In this document: positions 1 through 12,800 of the stretch, in pieces
Layout: every line of letters begins with the position of its first letter
Position numbering within the stretch: position 1 is the first letter of the stretch
Assembly: GCA_050575255.1 (NCBI GenBank)
Contig: JBNZDD010013651.1
Location: forward strand, 2,579,004-2,643,003
Origin: Harriotta raleighana
Lineage: Eukaryota
Length of the DNA stretch: 64,000 nt
Direction: 5' to 3'
The notes under the pieces: model-generated
Database searches by the model: none
What the model saw: the letters and a program-made list of their open reading frames with translations, nothing else
What the model was told of the DNA's origin: nothing
Translations under genes and position numbers: made by a program

Positions 1-269
1 ATTAATACAACTAGGGCAAAGAAATGTAAGTGATATTGATAGGAAACTGAATAAGATTTGGGTTCATGTATTACTTGGTTGATTATATAATTTATAAAGA
101 TAAGACTTCCATGAGTTTTACTGTAATACCATATTGCTATTATTTAGTTCTTTTTATATCGGAGGATGTCTTCACAGCATTTACTGTAAAATGGAGAGAT
201 TGTGGATGAAACCCATACCCTTTTATTTGTTCTAATGATCTGTTTCTTCCCTCCACACCACCAACACAT

Positions 270-480
270 TCTCATATTTCCTCCTAACTAATGTCTATCA
301 TCCCATGAATTATCCTAGTGAATCTCCACTGTATCCTCTCCATGGCTTTTGATATCTTTCCTAAAAATTGGACAATTGGACACAATGGCCCAACAGTGGC
401 GTAGCCAATAGCTTCTCTTGGTTCAACATTTATTGTTTGTTTTTAATAGTTAATATCTAGAATCCCTATTGTTTAACTCC
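270..480 (-). mobile_element. Decayed CR1 LINE fragment
   Basis: atcctagtgaatctccactgtatcctctcc... resembles the better preserved minus-strand CR1 at 56120-56230. Confidence 0.45.
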
Positions 481-741
481 CAATTCTCTCATCTTATTTC
501 ACTCTTTTCTAATGTTTTACCATTTAATGTATGTTTCCTTCCCTAATTCTTCCTCTTCAAATCAATCGGCTTTTCCTCTCAATCTTTCTCAAAAAATCGA
601 TTCCATTGTCTACCTCTTGAATTTGCTGACACCGTCTCTCTTTACTGTATTCCCAGGCTATGTCTTTCCTATCCTTCCTTTTCTGAGTTATTATCTGTTT
701 CTGAGATACATTTCTGTTAATGATGCATTTTCTTAATTTAG

Positions 742-850
742 ATTTACTTGCAAAGTGGTGGTGAATGGGAGTGATTATCCAGAGGCCTCGGGGAAGAACA
801 AGCAGGAGGCTAAACGGAAAGCAGCAAAACTTGCTTTGGAAAGTCTTAAG
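742..850 (+). CDS. EIF2AK2: PKR exon: C-terminal half of a dsRNA-binding motif (FTCKVVVNGSDYPEASGKNKQEAKRKAAKLALESLK)
   Basis: Acceptor ttaatttAG at 740-741, donor AAG|GTactt at 851. Typical dsRBM beta2-beta3-alpha2 with GxxKxEAKxxAA. Overlaps ORF 755..997. Confidence 0.9.
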
Positions 851-3800
851 GTACTTTTCCTCAATGATTTTTTAACACCTGTATTGAACCTGGTATTCAA
901 ATCAGATACTTTGTTTTACAGGGTAAATCAGCAGCCAGCATGTAAACTTGTATGTTTAGTTGTGGCTACTTTGTTTATCGGACAATCCCGAAAGTAATGC
1001 TTCACATGGCGTAATTTAATAGTTCAAATTAGCACTATAGATAAGTGTGGAAGGCAAAGAATCACATTTTTTACTGTACCTATTTAAGATCATTCAAGAA
1101 GGTCAGTTTATAATAAGCTGATTACACCTACTAATAATTTTTTATTTGATATAGCCTCTGATCAAGACACCTCAAAACGCTTCACAGGATACACTATAAA
1201 GTGGTGTGATTGTGGGCAAAAGTTAAGGGACTTTTTTATGGCAAAGTGCAAAAGATTTACTGGGAAATTAACTCTGTTAACAATTAACCATGTGTACAGA
1301 TTTCCCTGTTATTGGAAGAATGATCCCTTTTCCCCATGTTCCATCACACACAATTCACAAGTGTAATTTATGTCTAATCATGTAGCATGGGTTTGGGACT
1401 TTCCTAATTTCAGTTGCACTTAATAATAATAATAACAATGCTTATTTAATTTCCCAGTAAATCTAGCACTTTTCATGTCTTCTAGACGTCTTAAAGCGCT
1501 TCACAGAATATACTGTAAAGTGAATTGACTGTATATTTGTGGGTGAAATGCAGCAGTCAAATGTGCACAGCAGTATCCCATAAACAGTTGTGGAATGAAG
1601 TGACAAATTTATTATTGTTTTTTAATACTTAACACTCAGTGTAACATATGTTCGCTTTCAATGCACTCTATATTACCTTCCTCTGTAGTCTAGCCCTCCA
1701 TAGAAGGGTCTCTAATACTACTAAAGTCACACAGTTCTCTTTTTGAAAATCCACATTTACTTGAATAGCTTAGAAGAAGTTCTAGAAATCTAGAGAACGT
1801 CGATAATCTGGCAATCCGAAAGCCGGCAACTCCCTAAAACCGGCAAGATTTCAAAATATTACATTTAAATTTACAATTCATTTATTTTTAAGTAATAAAT
1901 CTTTTTAAAAATATATTTATATATTTTTACACTTGAACCATGTTAAATAACAGAAAAACAACATCGGGCGAATAAAACAACATTGGTAAAGTTATGCAAT
2001 GCTAGGCTAGGTTTCTAAATACCTGCAAACTCTGAAATCTGGGAGGTGCTTGGTCCCAACTGTGCCGGATTATCGAAGTTCCACCTGGATTAACTAAATA
2101 TACACTTCTAAGTAACATGGATCCCAGACTGTTGCATGGATTTACACAGTGAAAACGAGAAGGGAGATTCTCCCAATTTCTTGGCTAACAAATCCCTTCA
2201 ATAAAATTGGTCATTTATTTCATGGCTGTTTGTGGGACATTGCTTTGTGTGCAAATTGGCTGCTGCTGTCACTGCCCACAAATACACACTTTGCCATATA
2301 TCCCGTGACGCACGTCTCAACAATGTGATGAGGCAATATCAAGTGCAAGGATTATTAATATTATTACTGTAATGGGTGCAAGGTGCCAATAGGATAACTT
2401 CAGCTGGACATGCTGTAATACTGTATCAAATATATTTTGCTGGAGTTCTTACTTATTGTCATCTTTGTTTGAATCCATATGAGCAGCAAATGTCTGTTTC
2501 AACAAGTTCCACACCGGGCCAGTACTCAACAAGCAGCAATCAAACATGTTCAAATCGGTAAGTACTGCATATAGAAGGTGTAACGAATAATTCTATTTTA
2601 TGTTAGCAGTGTATAGTCACCGGTCAATCACCAGCTCTAAACACGTGGAGTCCTATAAACAGTGGAGCTCCTGTGGCTCAGTGGTTAGAGCACTCGCCTT
2701 ATATTCCTTACAAGCATGAGACCTGTGTTCGAATCCAGGCAGATCAGGGCGAAACCTTGGGCAAGTTTCCTTACTCCACATGCCTGATAATAATCCCTCC
2801 AAAAAAACNAGTCAGTTCGTTTTACAGTATATTCTGTGAAGCGCTTTGGGACGTTGATAAAATGTGAAAAGCGCTATATCAAATGCAAGGATTATTATTA
2901 TTATAGCTTAGTAGTTAGAGCATTTGTCTTGCGAGTGAGAGGACTTGGGTTCAATTCCTGGGCAGGGCGAAACATTGGGCAAGTTTCCTTACTCCACACA
3001 CTTCGGTTTACTTAGCTTACCTGGTCATTAGCGATTGGCAGATCGCTTTTCCGGGGATAATAATCCCTTTAAAAAGAAAAAAAATTGGATCACTCAATCC
3101 ACGAATGTTTGTGGGATACTCCTATGTGCCATATTTTGCCCACAAAATGTACTTTACAGCCAGTTCTTTGAAATCTGGATTTGATCAAGAAAAAGTTAAA
3201 CGCAGTCAACCGCCAAATAAATTGCATTTATATAGCACCTTTCACTTTGGGAGGATGTCCCAAGGCACTGAACAATGAAGTGTTTGCACCCAAGCCGCAG
3301 TTTGGGATCAGGGAGTGATGGCAGGCAAGGGAGGGCTGACAAAGATGATACCCGAAGACAAGGTCATAAAGGAAGATCTCGAGACTGGCCTTGAACGAGG
3401 CAATGGAGGATCTTGGTAGTTTGATCACTCTTGATATGTGGGACGTCTGCCCGATGTGAAAGGTGCCCTACAAGTATAATTTTGTTGTTGTCTCTTTATT
3501 TTTAACACATTGTCAGTACAGTAAAACCTTGTTTATCCAGCACCCATGGGACCTGGCCAGTGGCGGTTAAATGGTTTTTCCAGTTGAACCGATTGTAAAA
3601 AAAATATATTTTTTTCAACAAAANATATTTTATTTTTTTCAAAAAAATCACAAATTATTTTAACACATGCCATATTAATAATCGACTAAATAANTATATT
3701 TTTTTCAACAAAATCACAAATTATTTTAACACATGCCATATTAATAATCGACTAAATAATAACAGGATATTCTATTAATACATTATTATTTATACTTAAG

Positions 3801-6800
3801 TTCGGAATTGTAGCATTGATTCTACGGGAGGTAAAAAACGCGAGTTTAAAAAGCAACGAGTTTAGACCTAATGGCCAGCACAGATATACACAGACAGACA
3901 CAAACCCTCAAAGATATTCAGTCTGAATCCATCATATAAATTCTGTCCCTCCCACCCTTTCCTCTCTTATCTCTCTCTCCCTTTCCCCATATCTCATTCC
4001 CCCCCCCTTTCTTTCTCTCCATTCCACCCCATCCCTCTCTCTCTCAGTTTCCTCTCCACCCTTTCCCGCCCCCTCTCTGTGGCCGCTACCTGTAGCAATA
4101 TTTAACTTACCTTCCCAACGACCAGGCACTCATCCATTCGAATGAGGTAAAATAAAAACCGCGAGTTTTAAAAGGACCCAGAACGAGTTTAAACCCAACA
4201 TTCAATGCGTCGCCGGATAACTTCCGGTAGTCGGACCAGGACTTTTTTTTTGAGATGGCGGTTGAACGGGTTTTCCGATTATTCGAGTCACGGATAAACA
4301 AGGTTTTACTGTATTTTTAACCAGAAATAAAAAAGTTTTCCTGCTCTTTTCATTGAATTAGGAATGCTTTACTGTACCACCTCTGGGAGTGTGTAGGTTT
4401 TAGGAGGGTGAGGGAATTTGGGGACGGTAGGAGGAATAAAGGTTCTTGCCTTATAGGGAAATTTAATTTTTTTTAAAATCATTGATTGAGTATTTTGTGA
4501 TTCACTTATGTTGAACATTACTATGTCTTTCAGGAAGGATTTTGAATCCCCGATTTTGGCCACGGTATAGTACACTTTAAGATAAATTGGCTAATATGTT
4601 TTGTTGGTGATCAAAATGGATCATGAGATCTTGTGTCTATTTGACGATGAATGTCGATATGAATTTATCAATCAATCAATCAATCAAAATTTTATTTATA
4701 TAGCGCCTTTCACGTCGGGAGGACGTCCCAAAGCGCTGTACAGCCAAGTATGGGGGGAGGGCTCAGGGAAAGGAGTAGGAAAAAATGACTGTATATTTGT
4801 GGGCGAATTTATACAAGCAACATTCTTCAGGGCAACCTGTCTTAAATCACAGCATCTGAGAGACTTCAAATACATGGGGATTGAGGTGTCACCTTGTTGT
4901 ATTTCATGTTGACGAGCTTGTGTTACTGAAGGCACGTTACTCCCCTCGAGGTCGCTAATCTGTCTTTGGGAGTGTGTGACGAATTTTCCACCCGATAGTT
5001 TTTCTTTTTGCTTCTCTCTTGGTGTTTGGTTCTTGCTGGTGGCAGCAAGAGGAAAAAGTAATAGTTATGTGGGGGTGGCCTGGGGGTTGGTTAGGCTCCA
5101 TGGGTCTCAAAGCCATATCCCACTCTTATAGTAGTTTACATTTATATGGCACGGTTCACCTCAGAAAGACGTTGTACAGCACTTAACAGTCCTGACTTGG
5201 CACCTGAGCTAAGGGGGGTTTTGGGAGAGGAAAGATGGACAAAAGTGCAGTCAAAGAGGTAGGTCTTTAGACGGATCTTGAAGGAGGTGAGGGAGGGAAA
5301 GTTGTTTGCATTTGTATGTTTGTGTGCATGAATATGTTGCTAGTTTGTGTCTGGAGGCACATAGTATTATAAAATCACTATTATTCCTCACTCTAAATAT
5401 CTATAGATCTGCTGATATGATTTGTATACTAACTGTTAAAATATGTTTACTAAATATTTTTTTTTCTCTCTAGAAACCTAAAGTCAAAGCAAGAGGGTAA
5501 CTTGATAACATTTTTCATGTCTTTGTCTGATAATAGTATTTCTTAGCATGATTTATTTTAACGATGTGTGCATCTCGCTAGACATTGAAGCCTCATTATG
5601 ATGTGGTGATTGTACAGGTAGCTTGTACAGGTAGCTTAATGTTGTAGTTTGGTTTTTGAAAAATGCGACTTTAAGCGAAAAGACGTTCAGCGAACACATA
5701 TTTCCCATCGGAATGAATGTAAAAACTGAAGTTAGGTTCTTGTGGATATTTTTCGTTAAAATGTTTGAAAAAAACACATTCTACACACTCCCTGACCCTG
5801 GCTCACTCACTCACTGCCGGTCTCACTCACTGCTGGCTGTCTCTCTCTCTCTCTCTCTATGCTGCCCCCTTTCCACTCGCAAGAACGATGTAATAGCAGA
5901 CATCGCAATGTTAAATGAATATTTGTTCCCAATGTATCAGCATCAATAATAACATTCAGTGGGGCAACATTAAGCCAGGTCTACCTGTATTGTATAAAAT
6001 CCACAGGAAACCCATTAACAAATTAAATTGAATGTTTCATTCTGCACAATCTTCATTTTTTAAGACGCATTAGCTGCTATCATGTGAAAGGAATATTTTT
6101 ATTGACTGATTGCTATTCCATATGGTCTATCAGCTTTTCAGTGGGTCTTCCTAAATGTGCTTTGTCTTTAGAACAGTTTTTTTTTAAAAAAAGGTTAAAA
6201 ACTTTTATTTACTTTTTAGAATACATTTTATTTAAATTGAGTATTGTCTTGATTAGGATTTTTCTTTCTCTCTCAGTCTAGCTCCAAAATTTAGCCTTCT
6301 CAACATTGATTCAAGCACTTCTCAGGTATGGTATAATTTTGTAAATTAATTATTTGGGGGCAGTCGGGTGTCTGACAATGGAGTAACCATCACCATGCTT
6401 AATACCGTCCAATCTGAACTGAGAATTTCATGCATCCCACTTACACATGGAAATTCCAGAGATATTTATTAGAATGGATTGTGCACCCTCTCCCTGGAAG
6501 GCCTTTGGCTTTACAGGGTTAACAGGGGGTGGGTGGGAGGAGGCCCTGTGCCAGGGACTGGTCTTCCTTTCCAAGTCCTACCAATAGGCTGGCTGCCTGG
6601 CTCAGGAACCAGACCGTCGCAGAGGGCTGGCTCGATTCTGACATTCCCTGTTGCAAAGCACCTCTTCTGCAAGGAGGATAGTCCCTAGTTTGTCATTTGA
6701 TACCCAACAATATGGGTTTCAGCCCTTACCAAGTGGATGGTAGGAGCCAGAAATTCCCTGAGAGCTTCCTGTTAGGCAACACAGGTCCTCATGAAAAGCA

Positions 6801-9800
6801 TGAGAATATTGTCACCATCTTCCTGGCCACAGCTCGGGCACACATCACTTCTTATTGACTGACAGTTTCACCAATTGGAGGTGTGGGCTTGTTAACACTC
6901 ACTATCTAGACTTGGCTAACCTGTTTACTGACGCTCACTGGTAAGACAGGATACCTGGGTTTTAAGTGCAGCCTAATAAAGCACAAGGCTAAACCTAAAC
7001 ATTAATCCTCTTGCAATCCATAAATTTGCAGGCTGACAGTGAAGACTCCTGGAATGCATTTGAAAATCCACAAGAACGGTAAGAAAATATTTTTTTTGAC
7101 TCTGTTAGATTCATTCAGATAAAGTGCATATTAATACAGAAATGATGTATGGCATGGAACATACTTCATGTTGACTTATCTGTAGAACTCATGACCTACA
7201 AAGGTTGGACACGTCTATTTGAAATATACTGTAGATACTGTAGTCTACATAATAGTTTCTAGGGATATTTCCGTCTGTGTGTGGAATAGACCAAGCCTTG
7301 GGAGACAATGCAGCAGAGCTTGATTCTCTCTTCAGACAACAGAGTCTCAGGATAACAGTCAGGAGCAGGGCTGATATTCCCCCTCTGTAACCAGGGCCAC
7401 TGAGCTCACATGTGGAATCTTAACTGTTACCCTGGTTGAGTTCAGGAAACTTACTGACCAGTATTTGAACTGGCCACATTCTTGTCTTTATGGCCTTGTC
7501 CCACACAATAATTTTATCTATGAGACTTCTCTTTTAATGTTCCCTTCTTGCTCTGATCAGCTCTTTGTGATGTCTGTCATTCTTAAACCCATGTCCTGCC
7601 CTGAAAATTCCATCTCTATTCTCTATTGGGTAGGCAATCAGTGGTTTTCTCCATGAATCTCTGGTTGTAGTAGGAAAGTGCGCCCAATTTGGCCAACTGA
7701 TGTTTATAAGGTGGATATTATCCCAAAGTGCTGCGACTTATGAGGTGGTTGCTGTGAATTACATAGAGTAACATAGCAAGGAAATGGACCAATCAGTCCA
7801 AGTAGTCCATGCTGGTACAAAAGAGTACGCTACACGAGTTTAAGCACTTTGAGCCGCCATCCCGCATAGAGTCGAGTTAAAATGAAACTTGAAATCTTCT
7901 TGATATATGATGTTTTTATTTGCACATCATTTAATAAGATCGTCAAATGTTTCCAGATTGAACGAATTGTTTTCAGACATTACGTATGGACTTGGACATG
8001 GTGGCTTTGGCACTGTTTTCAAAGCAAAGAAGAAATTGGATAACCGTTACTATGCTGTCAAAGAAATTTTCCTAAAGAATAGGTGAGTTGACTTTAATTT
8101 TCTTTATATGGGCTACAAAAGTGAGTGGTTCAAATTGGGAACTGTATATGCTGTTTATATACAGTAAAACCTTGTTTATCCGATATAGTATGTGTTAAAA
8201 ACATTTTTTTTAATTAAAAATGTTTTTTTTTTAATCCATTCAACCGGAAAAACGATTTAACCGCCACTGGCCATGTCCTGTGGGTGCCGGATAAACGAGG
8301 TTTTACTGTATTGTGTGTACAGGGGAACTGCAGATAGTCTTAATTATGAATATGCCAAGTAAACCAGGACGGCACATTTAGAATTGTAGAATCTATATGA
8401 TCCAGAAATGTTAGAAAATAAACCTAGGAAAAACTATCAACCCCTTCATCACCATATGTCTTTAACTTTCCCCCTTGGCCACTGAAACACTCTAAGAACT
8501 TATCCTACATGAAAGACACTAGATAGATCCATGCTGTTTTTTTTCAATTTGTTTTTCTTAAATTAACCAAAGTTCCTTGTTGATCTCTTATCTGCTTAAT
8601 TTAGTGGAAAAGAGATACGTGAAGTTGAGTCACTGGCACGCATGTCTCATGAAAACATTGTTCGCTATTACCATTCCTGGATCGAATACAGGTAAAACTA
8701 TTATGCATTATACACATATTATACTCTACCTAATATAGCATATATAGCTTCTGGTCATCTTTCTCCAAACCCCCACATCCAGCTCTCTCCCAAGCCAGAG
8801 TTATTAAACACTTCGGGATGTCCTCATGATGTGAAAGATGCTACATGATCTTCAGATTTGGTTTTGTTTGTGTAACGTTTCAGAGGATGAGAGACTTGAG
8901 CTTTAAAGCCATTTTGTTCTTTCTCTTTTGAAATTCATATGAAACCTATCATGAGCTCGTTTCACTCAATCTCACCCCACTACTGATCTCTAAGGTTCAC
9001 TTCATTGCTACTGTGTTAGGGGATATAGTTAACTTTTCAATGGTATAGTTCCCACTACCTTCAACACTGTTGTCATCACCTGAGGTCCTGGCCACATTTC
9101 CCCGGGTAAAATGCACTTTATGGCTGTTTGCTACACATTGCTGTGTACAAATTGGCATCCGTTCCAGAGACAGAGAAATGTATGACACCAAGTGTCGGCG
9201 TCATACATATGAGGAATGCTGTCTGGTTTGGATACTCTTAAGATTGGTGTTGAATTTCCACTTATCAAACACCCGGCTGATGAAAACACAGGAGACCATT
9301 CCTCTTGAGTTGTTCGCATCACATACTCTATGTGGGATATATCTCAACTCGCAGAATGCGCATTAAAGCTAAATGATCCAACTTGCTTGAAGATTCAATG
9401 TACAATATAATAATTACGTTTTGCATTTTAAATTTAGTTGCAAATACAAAGGTGATGTACTTTATATTCAAATGGAGCTGTGTGATGGAGATAACTTAAA
9501 ATGCTGGTTGGAAGATTACAAAAATTCAAAACCTGGAAAAGAATCTGTGGCTATGTCAATATTTAGTCAATTGGTAACTGGAGTTAAATACATTCATAAT
9601 CAGAATATGATCCATCGAGACCTCAAGGTAAGAACATAATGTAATACAGTATGGTCCTTGTAACTTCCTTATGACGTGAAAGATACTGTACTATTAATGT
9701 GTATTGTATAATTTCAGATTGCAGTGGTAGTGGCAAATCATTCTAATAATAATAATCCTTGCATTTGATATAGCATCATTGAAGCAGATCAATTGGCTCT

Positions 9801-12800
9801 TTCTAGCTGCAATGATGCGAGTTCCTCCAATCGCTTTGATTCGTGCATTTTTCTTCACTCTCTGAAACTCCCCTCACAAAACCCCTTCACCTTGTCTATT
9901 TTATTTTGGATCATGTTGGATCTTTTGGAATCTTGTAGCTCAATGGTTAGTGCAGTTGCCTCACAAGCAAGAGACCTGGGTTTGATTCCCAGGAAGGGCG
10001 GCACGTTGGGCAGATTTCTTTACCTCACTGCTACTAATCTAGCAGGTATGTAGGAACCTGGTTGTTAGTTAATTGGTGGATTGGTTTTCTGGGGGGAAAT
10101 TTCTTCAAAAAATAGAACAAATTGGTTACTCAATCCACAAATGTTGGTGGACAATTTGGCTGTGTGGTTCATCCACAACATCTCAATTTGCAATATATTC
10201 TGAGAAGTGCTTCGAAGACATGATAAGGCGCGATATCAAATGCAAGGATTGTTAATATTATGTTATTAAGCAGGTAAAGCCTGCTTAACATTGCCTCGGT
10301 TATTATGTTGCTGATACATAAGGAACATATATTAATTTAACGTTGCGACGTTTGCTCTTACGTTGTTCGCCAGCGGGTGGAAAGGGGGCATGACGGCGCT
10401 AGGTAATTATTTCATCACTATGCAAAACTGTGGCTGAAGAACTTTTTGTTTTGAAACAAAGCCTGAAAACATCTTCTTCAGTGAAGGAACAAAAGTGAAG
10501 ATTGGTGACTTTGGACTTGTAGCGATTATGAATAACACAAATGATCACACAGCAGATGTTGGAACAAATAGATACATGAGCCCAGAACAGGCAAGTGCAA
10601 GTATAGTCCATTTACGCTTTTGTAGATTTTAGAACTGTTTTTGTGAACTTTTAGAACTGTGAGCAGTATTATTGAATAGTATCTGTACTAGAAATACAAC
10701 ATATTGGTTCCTGTCAGATTAATTATGAATATGTAGAGGAGATGAATAGAAGAGGCAGTGGAGACTTGTAAATAGGAATTGGATAGCTATTTAATAAATA
10801 ATTCACAGAAATAATTGACACACACCCCTTTCCTGCTCAGTCTCTTTATAAAGCATTTTGAGAGCATTTAAAGCACCGACATCCAAGGTACCTTTACTAA
10901 TGCAAGTAATTGCATCTTTGTTTGTTTCAATTGCGATGTTTGTTTGTTTGTACCGCTTGTTAACTTAGGTCACCATGCTTAGGAGAGTCCAAACTAAACA
11001 GTGTTCCACATGTGTTTGCTAGCTACACATGGAAATTTCTCTGTATCTTGAATGGAATGGGTATACTCTCCCTGGACACTGTTGGGTGCAGGCAGAAGGA
11101 GCCAAAACCTGGGGACCCCCAGATTATTGGGATCTTGAATGGTTCAAATCCTATCTCTCGCACTGGCTCCATTTTGTCTCCAGAAATGGCTTCTCCTCCA
11201 GCCCCTGCACCATTTTGTGTGGTGTTCCTCAGAGCTCTGCCCTCTTCAACCTGTACATGCTCTCTCTTGGTGACATCATCCTCAAACATGGGGTCAACTT
11301 CTACATGTATATGGATGAAACCCAACTTTGTTTCTCCACTTCCACCCTCAACTGCAGGACCATTGATGTCCTGGCAGACTGCCTATTAGATATCAAGTCC
11401 TGGATGAGAGCCAATTTTCTACAGTTGAACATTAGCAAGACCAAGGGTCTCTTGATTGGCTCGCACCAGCTTCTCCGCAACTCAGGCATGGTAGCATCAG
11501 CATCCACGGATCCACACTCAATCTTACCAAGCCAGTCAGGAACCTAGGTTTTGTTCAATTGTCCTTTCTCCCCAACATCTGTGCCATCACCTGCTCTTTT
11601 TAACCCACCTGCGCAACATCGCCTGGCTCCATCACTGTCTCCCACTTCAGGCTGACGAAACTCTCATGCATGCCTTCATTTCAACCAGGCTTGACTATGC
11701 TTGGCGGCCTCCCGAATTCTTCTGTCCACAAGATGCAGATCATCCAGAGCCCTGCAGCCCTTGAACCTCTTCCGCACCAGGCTCTGTGACCACATCGTAC
11801 CCACCCTCGTTCGGCTCCACTGGCTCCCCTTCCTTCAGAGGATCGAGTTCAAAATCCATGTCCTCACTTTCAAGGCCCTCCACAGCCTTGCTCTTCCTAC
11901 TTCTCCGACCTGCTGACCTCCTATCAACCTGTCTGCTCCCTCCGCTCAGCCGACCTCCAGACTGCTCCATGTCCCCCGCCCTGTCCACTGCACCATTGAT
12001 GGCCAGGCTTTCAGCCTCTCTGTTCCATCCTCTGGAACTCCTTCCCACATTCCCTTTGCGCCCTCCCTTGCTTCCTTCTAGGCATGCCTCAAGATCCTCC
12101 TCTTCAACCATACCTTTGGCTACTCCACCCTCCCTGATCCTAACTCTCTCCCCCACATCACACTAAAGTACTATTCCCATGACTGTTCAGTGCCTTGAAT
12201 GTCTTCCTGAGGTGAAATGCGCTTTNACTCTGCCCTCCACCCTCCCTGATCCTAACTCTCTCCCCCACATCACACTAAAGTACTATTCCCATGACTGTTC
12301 AGTGCCTTGAATGTCTTCCTGAGGTGAAATGCGCTTTACAAATGTAATTTTGTTTTTGGCATTTAACTAGCTAAAACCACATAACTTGCCATTGAGAGAA
12401 CTGTCTGGCAAGCCTCCAACTGCTTGTCCAGCTAGGACCACTCTACCTGTTATGGCTTTGGCTTTCACAGTTAATAGATGCTGAGTGAAGGGATTTAGTG
12501 GTAGCAGTAATAATAATTCTTACATTTAATATCGTGCCTGTTACAGTGGGAGGTGAATAATCTGAATGTGAAGATGAAGATGTGGAATTCAAAGATCTTT
12601 AATTTGGTTAATGAAAAAGGATTGTAAAATAAGGCCTTTGTCTGATTATCAACAATAGAAAGTATTTTTATTTAAGATATTTAAACTGTATTTTTGTTAT
12701 TCAGAAACAAACCTCATCGTACGACAATAAAACAGATATATTTTCGTTGGGACTGATTTACTTTGAACTTTTCTGGATATACTGTGGCACTGCACAAGAA

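Noticed and set aside
1-31. GTAAGT donor at 26 as the end of the preceding PKR exon
   Set aside because: The required phase-2 frame has TAA at 3-5 and does not resemble a dsRBM N-terminal half.
2668-2745. tRNA-Val-like gene (A/B boxes, cttacaa loop)
   Set aside because: No acceptor stem, and it continues directly into the SINE body; it is the SINE head seen in many copies.
3600-3760. Tandem duplications inside the TcMar element
   Set aside because: Each junction has a single N (3624, 3694), typical of unmerged contig overlaps.
4362-4407. Phase 2-to-0 exon candidate (NALLYHLWECVGFRR) that would fix the linker phase
   Set aside because: The hydrophobic sequence is unlike a PKR linker. Not called without transcript evidence.
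11012-12166. Cluster of long ORFs (up to 172 aa) as a nested gene
   Set aside because: All lie within a frameshifted L2 reverse-transcriptase relic.
12121-12340. ~105-bp tandem duplication
   Set aside because: Copies are separated by N at 12226 and differ only by small indels; likely an assembly or haplotype artefact.
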